Translations under genes and position numbers: made by a program
Origin: a virus
Taxonomy: Duplodnaviria; Caudoviricetes
DNA: 58,033 nt
Reading direction: 5' to 3' (one strand)
Virus record (IMG/VR): IMGVR_UViG_3300032223_002716
Coordinates: 1-58,033 of that record
The notes under the pieces: model-generated
What the model was told of the DNA's origin: nothing
Seen by the model: the letters and a program-made list of their open reading frames with translations, nothing else
The model's database searches: none
Shown: positions 55,556 to 58,033 of the stretch, piece by piece
How the letters are laid out: each line of letters begins with the position of its first letter
Numbering within the stretch: position 1 is the first letter of the stretch

Positions 55556-56842
55556 ATGGCTGATAAAGACAAATCAATTATTGAACGTGCAATCTTGGAT
55601 GCTAAAAGAATTCAAGAAGCGTTAAATGCCAATACAAAAGAAATACTTCGTAGCGTAGCTAAAGAAGAAATTGATGGTATCGTGAAAGAATCTTTGGAAG
55701 AAGGTTTATATGAAGAAGAAGATGTTGTTGTTTCTGAAGCTGAAGAAATGGAAGAAGAAGAATCTAATGAATTCCCTGAAGGTGAAGAACAAGAAGAGGA
55801 AGAAGAAGAAGAATTAGAGGATGCTGATGAAGATTCTGAAGAAGAGGAAGAAGAAGACGTTGAAGATTTTGACTCAGAAGAAGGTGATGACCTTGAAGGT
55901 GATTACAATGCTGGAATGGATGCTGGTGCATCAGACGATGAGTTTGAATTAGATATGACTGACGCATCAGATGATGATGTTATCGCAGTTTACAAAAAGT
56001 TAACTGGTGATGACGAGATTGAAGTTGTATATGATGCTGAAGATGATGAGTTAGAAGTTAAAGTTACTGAACCAGGTGATTTCATTGTAAAAAATGTTTC
56101 TGCTGGGTCTGGTGCTGGAGCTGAAGATTTTGAAGATTCAGAAGATTATGGTTCAGAAGAAGGCTTTGAAGATGATTCTGAAGAAGAGGAAGACCTTGAT
56201 GAAATGATGTATGAAATCGAAATGGAAGAAGGTGAAGACTTAATGGAAGAAGAGTCTGAAGACGAAGAAGAAGATGAAGAGAAAGAAGAATTGGAAGAAC
56301 AAATTCCTAATACTGAAGGTAAAAAACATGAGTTAGTAGGTAAAGTAGATATTGGTCAACCTAGCCCATTTGGGAAATCTAAAAAATCTTTAGAAGAATC
56401 TGTATCTAAAAAAGCTCTTATTGAATCAGAAAATAAATATAAGTCTTTGTTAGCTGAGGCTAAAGAACTTAAAGGTAGAAATGAAGAATACAAAACTGCT
56501 CTTAAGACTTTTAGAACAATGTTAGCTGAAACGGTTGTTTACAATTCAAACTTAACTTATGTAACTAAGTTATTTATGGAACACTCAACTACTAAGGAAG
56601 AGAAACAAACTATCCTTAAAAGATTTGATGAAGAAGTATCAACACTTAAAGAGTCTCAAAGACTTTATAAAACTATCGTAAACGAATTATCTTCTAAAGC
56701 TCCTATTAAAGAGTCAATTGATAAAACGATTACTAAAGAAGTTGCTACTGGAACATCTAAACAATTAAATGAGTCGACTGCATATATCGACAAAGAAACA
56801 TCTAGAATAATGGACTTAATGAGAAGAGTCGAAAATAGATAA
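55556..56842 (+). CDS. Prohead scaffold/core protein (gp22-like position)
   Basis: Very acidic centre, coiled-coil C-terminus, between protease and capsid. Confidence 0.75.
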   Translation: MADKDKSIIERAILDAKRIQEALNANTKEILRSVAKEEIDGIVKESLEEGLYEEEDVVVSEAEEMEEEESNEFPEGEEQEEEEEEELEDADEDSEEEEEEDVEDFDSEEGDDLEGDYNAGMDAGASDDEFELDMTDASDDDVIAVYKKLTGDDEIEVVYDAEDDELEVKVTEPGDFIVKNVSAGSGAGAEDFEDSEDYGSEEGFEDDSEEEEDLDEMMYEIEMEEGEDLMEEESEDEEEDEEKEELEEQIPNTEGKKHELVGKVDIGQPSPFGKSKKSLEESVSKKALIESENKYKSLLAEAKELKGRNEEYKTALKTFRTMLAETVVYNSNLTYVTKLFMEHSTTKEEKQTILKRFDEEVSTLKESQRLYKTIVNELSSKAPIKESIDKTITKEVATGTSKQLNESTAYIDKETSRIMDLMRRVENR

Positions 56843-56875
56843 TAATAACAAATAATAAAATAAAAATAAATAATT

Positions 56876-58033
56876 ATGTCACAATTATTAAATTCAGGAT
56901 TAGTTGGTAACATTGGTTTAAACCACATGAAAGCTATCCGTACACAAACTCAACAAAAATGGGAATCTTTAGGATTCTTAGAAGGGTTGAAAGGTCATGT
57001 TAAAGAAAATATGGCTCAATTATTCGAGAACCAAGCTGGTTCTTTATTGACAGAGTCTACTACAACTGCATCTTCTGGTGCTTTCGAAACTGTAGTATTC
57101 CCTATCGTAAGACGTGTATTCTCTAAATTGTTAGCGAATGACATCGTATCTGTACAAGCTATGAACATGCCAATTGGTAAATTGTTCTTCTTCGTACCTC
57201 AAACATCTAGTCGTGTTGACCAAAATGGTGTTGCTGGTGATGCTTATGCTAACCCAATCTATTCTGCTCACACTGGTATGGCTTACAATGGTATTCCTTC
57301 TTGTGTAGTTGGTGCTGGTTGTGTTCCTACTCCATTCTTAGCTAAAAATCTTTACGATATTTACTACAATGATGGTTTATTTGACCAATCTAAAGGTACA
57401 TTAACTATCGTAGTTGGTACTGCTACATTTGCTACATTATCTGCTGGAAGTGTTTGGTCTGATTTAGCTGCTAATACTAGAATTTCTGCTTTAGCAACTG
57501 GAACTGACGGTTCTTTAAGAAGTGCTATCGTTAAATTATCAGGTTTCTCTTCTACTGCTCCAGGTAAATTAACTGGTCCAGATGGAAACGAACAAGATTC
57601 TGAGTCTTTCTTAGCTTCTTTAAAAGTAGTTAACGGTGGAACTGCATTAGTTGACCGTGATTCTGATACAGTTATCGCAGCTAACGCTGAGGTTCCTTTC
57701 AGATTAGTAACTCAAAGATATGGTAAAGGTATCGTTGATAAAAACTCTGTAACTGACGCTAACGGTGTTATCTACTTAGAGTTAGATTTCTCTCATCCTA
57801 TCAAACAAGGTGGTACTCAATCACATGATGGTTATGTAGGAGTTAACGCTGCTGCTGCTTCAATGTCTGCATTGACAGTATCTGCTTTCACATATTCTTG
57901 GGGACAATATGCAACTTTAGAGTTAGAAACTGAAATGGGAGAAATCTCTTTCAAATTAGACGAAGTTGTTGTTTCTGTTGAAGAAAGAAAATTACGTGCT
58001 ACTTGGTCTCCAGAGCTTGCTCAAGACGTTAGT
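56876..58033 (+). CDS. Major capsid protein (T4 gp23-like), 3'-truncated by the window
   Basis: MSQLLNSG..KWESLGFLEGL..LFENQA..FPIVRRVF..VSVQAMNMPIGKLFF..RKLRATWSPELAQD. Confidence 0.95.
   Translation, partial: MSQLLNSGLVGNIGLNHMKAIRTQTQQKWESLGFLEGLKGHVKENMAQLFENQAGSLLTESTTTASSGAFETVVFPIVRRVFSKLLANDIVSVQAMNMPIGKLFFFVPQTSSRVDQNGVAGDAYANPIYSAHTGMAYNGIPSCVVGAGCVPTPFLAKNLYDIYYNDGLFDQSKGTLTIVVGTATFATLSAGSVWSDLAANTRISALATGTDGSLRSAIVKLSGFSSTAPGKLTGPDGNEQDSESFLASLKVVNGGTALVDRDSDTVIAANAEVPFRLVTQRYGKGIVDKNSVTDANGVIYLELDFSHPIKQGGTQSHDGYVGVNAAAASMSALTVSAFTYSWGQYATLELETEMGEISFKLDEVVVSVEERKLRATWSPELAQDVS

Noticed and set aside
55700-56310. GAA-rich low-complexity stretch
   Set aside because: Encodes the Glu/Asp-rich region of the scaffold protein.
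544-56928. Many short antisense or overlapping ORFs in the track (e.g. 544-774, 7347-7640, 32598-33170, 37784-38197, 44445-44738, 53782-54090)
   Set aside because: Shadows of well-supported genes on another strand or frame, with no motifs or expression signals.
1-58033. CRISPR array or long regularly spaced repeat array
   Set aside because: None seen; the repeats found are promoters, protein-coding repeats or short hexamer tracts.
1-58033. Stop-codon reassignment
   Set aside because: Long conserved genes (terL, portal, clpC, NAMPT) are intact in code 11, TAG and TGA end genes at sensible places, and no suppressor tRNA was seen.

Overview
AT-rich segment of a large T4-like (probably jumbo) tailed phage genome, most likely infecting Bacteroidota: many TAnnTTTG/-33 TTG promoters, A-rich leaders without Shine-Dalgarno sites, and Bacteroidota-type secreted proteins. 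Bases 1-30 kb are mainly minus-strand accessory genes: a split thymidylate synthase, a Prs+NAMPT (NARP1-like) pair, three lysins, phosphoesterases and a heptosyltransferase. They also include a ~1.1 kb RNA island (2 tRNAs, a tRNA-like RNA, several unexplained structured RNAs) directly downstream of a coiled-coil gene. The middle holds an ABC-ATPase/GNAT pair joined by a likely -1 frameshift and invaded by an endonuclease, ClpC, and a complete two-component signalling module. The right end is the head module: a frameshifted fusion ORF, terminase, portal, prohead protease, scaffold and the start of a gp23-like capsid gene. All calls come from reading motifs by eye; no database searches or folding programs were run.
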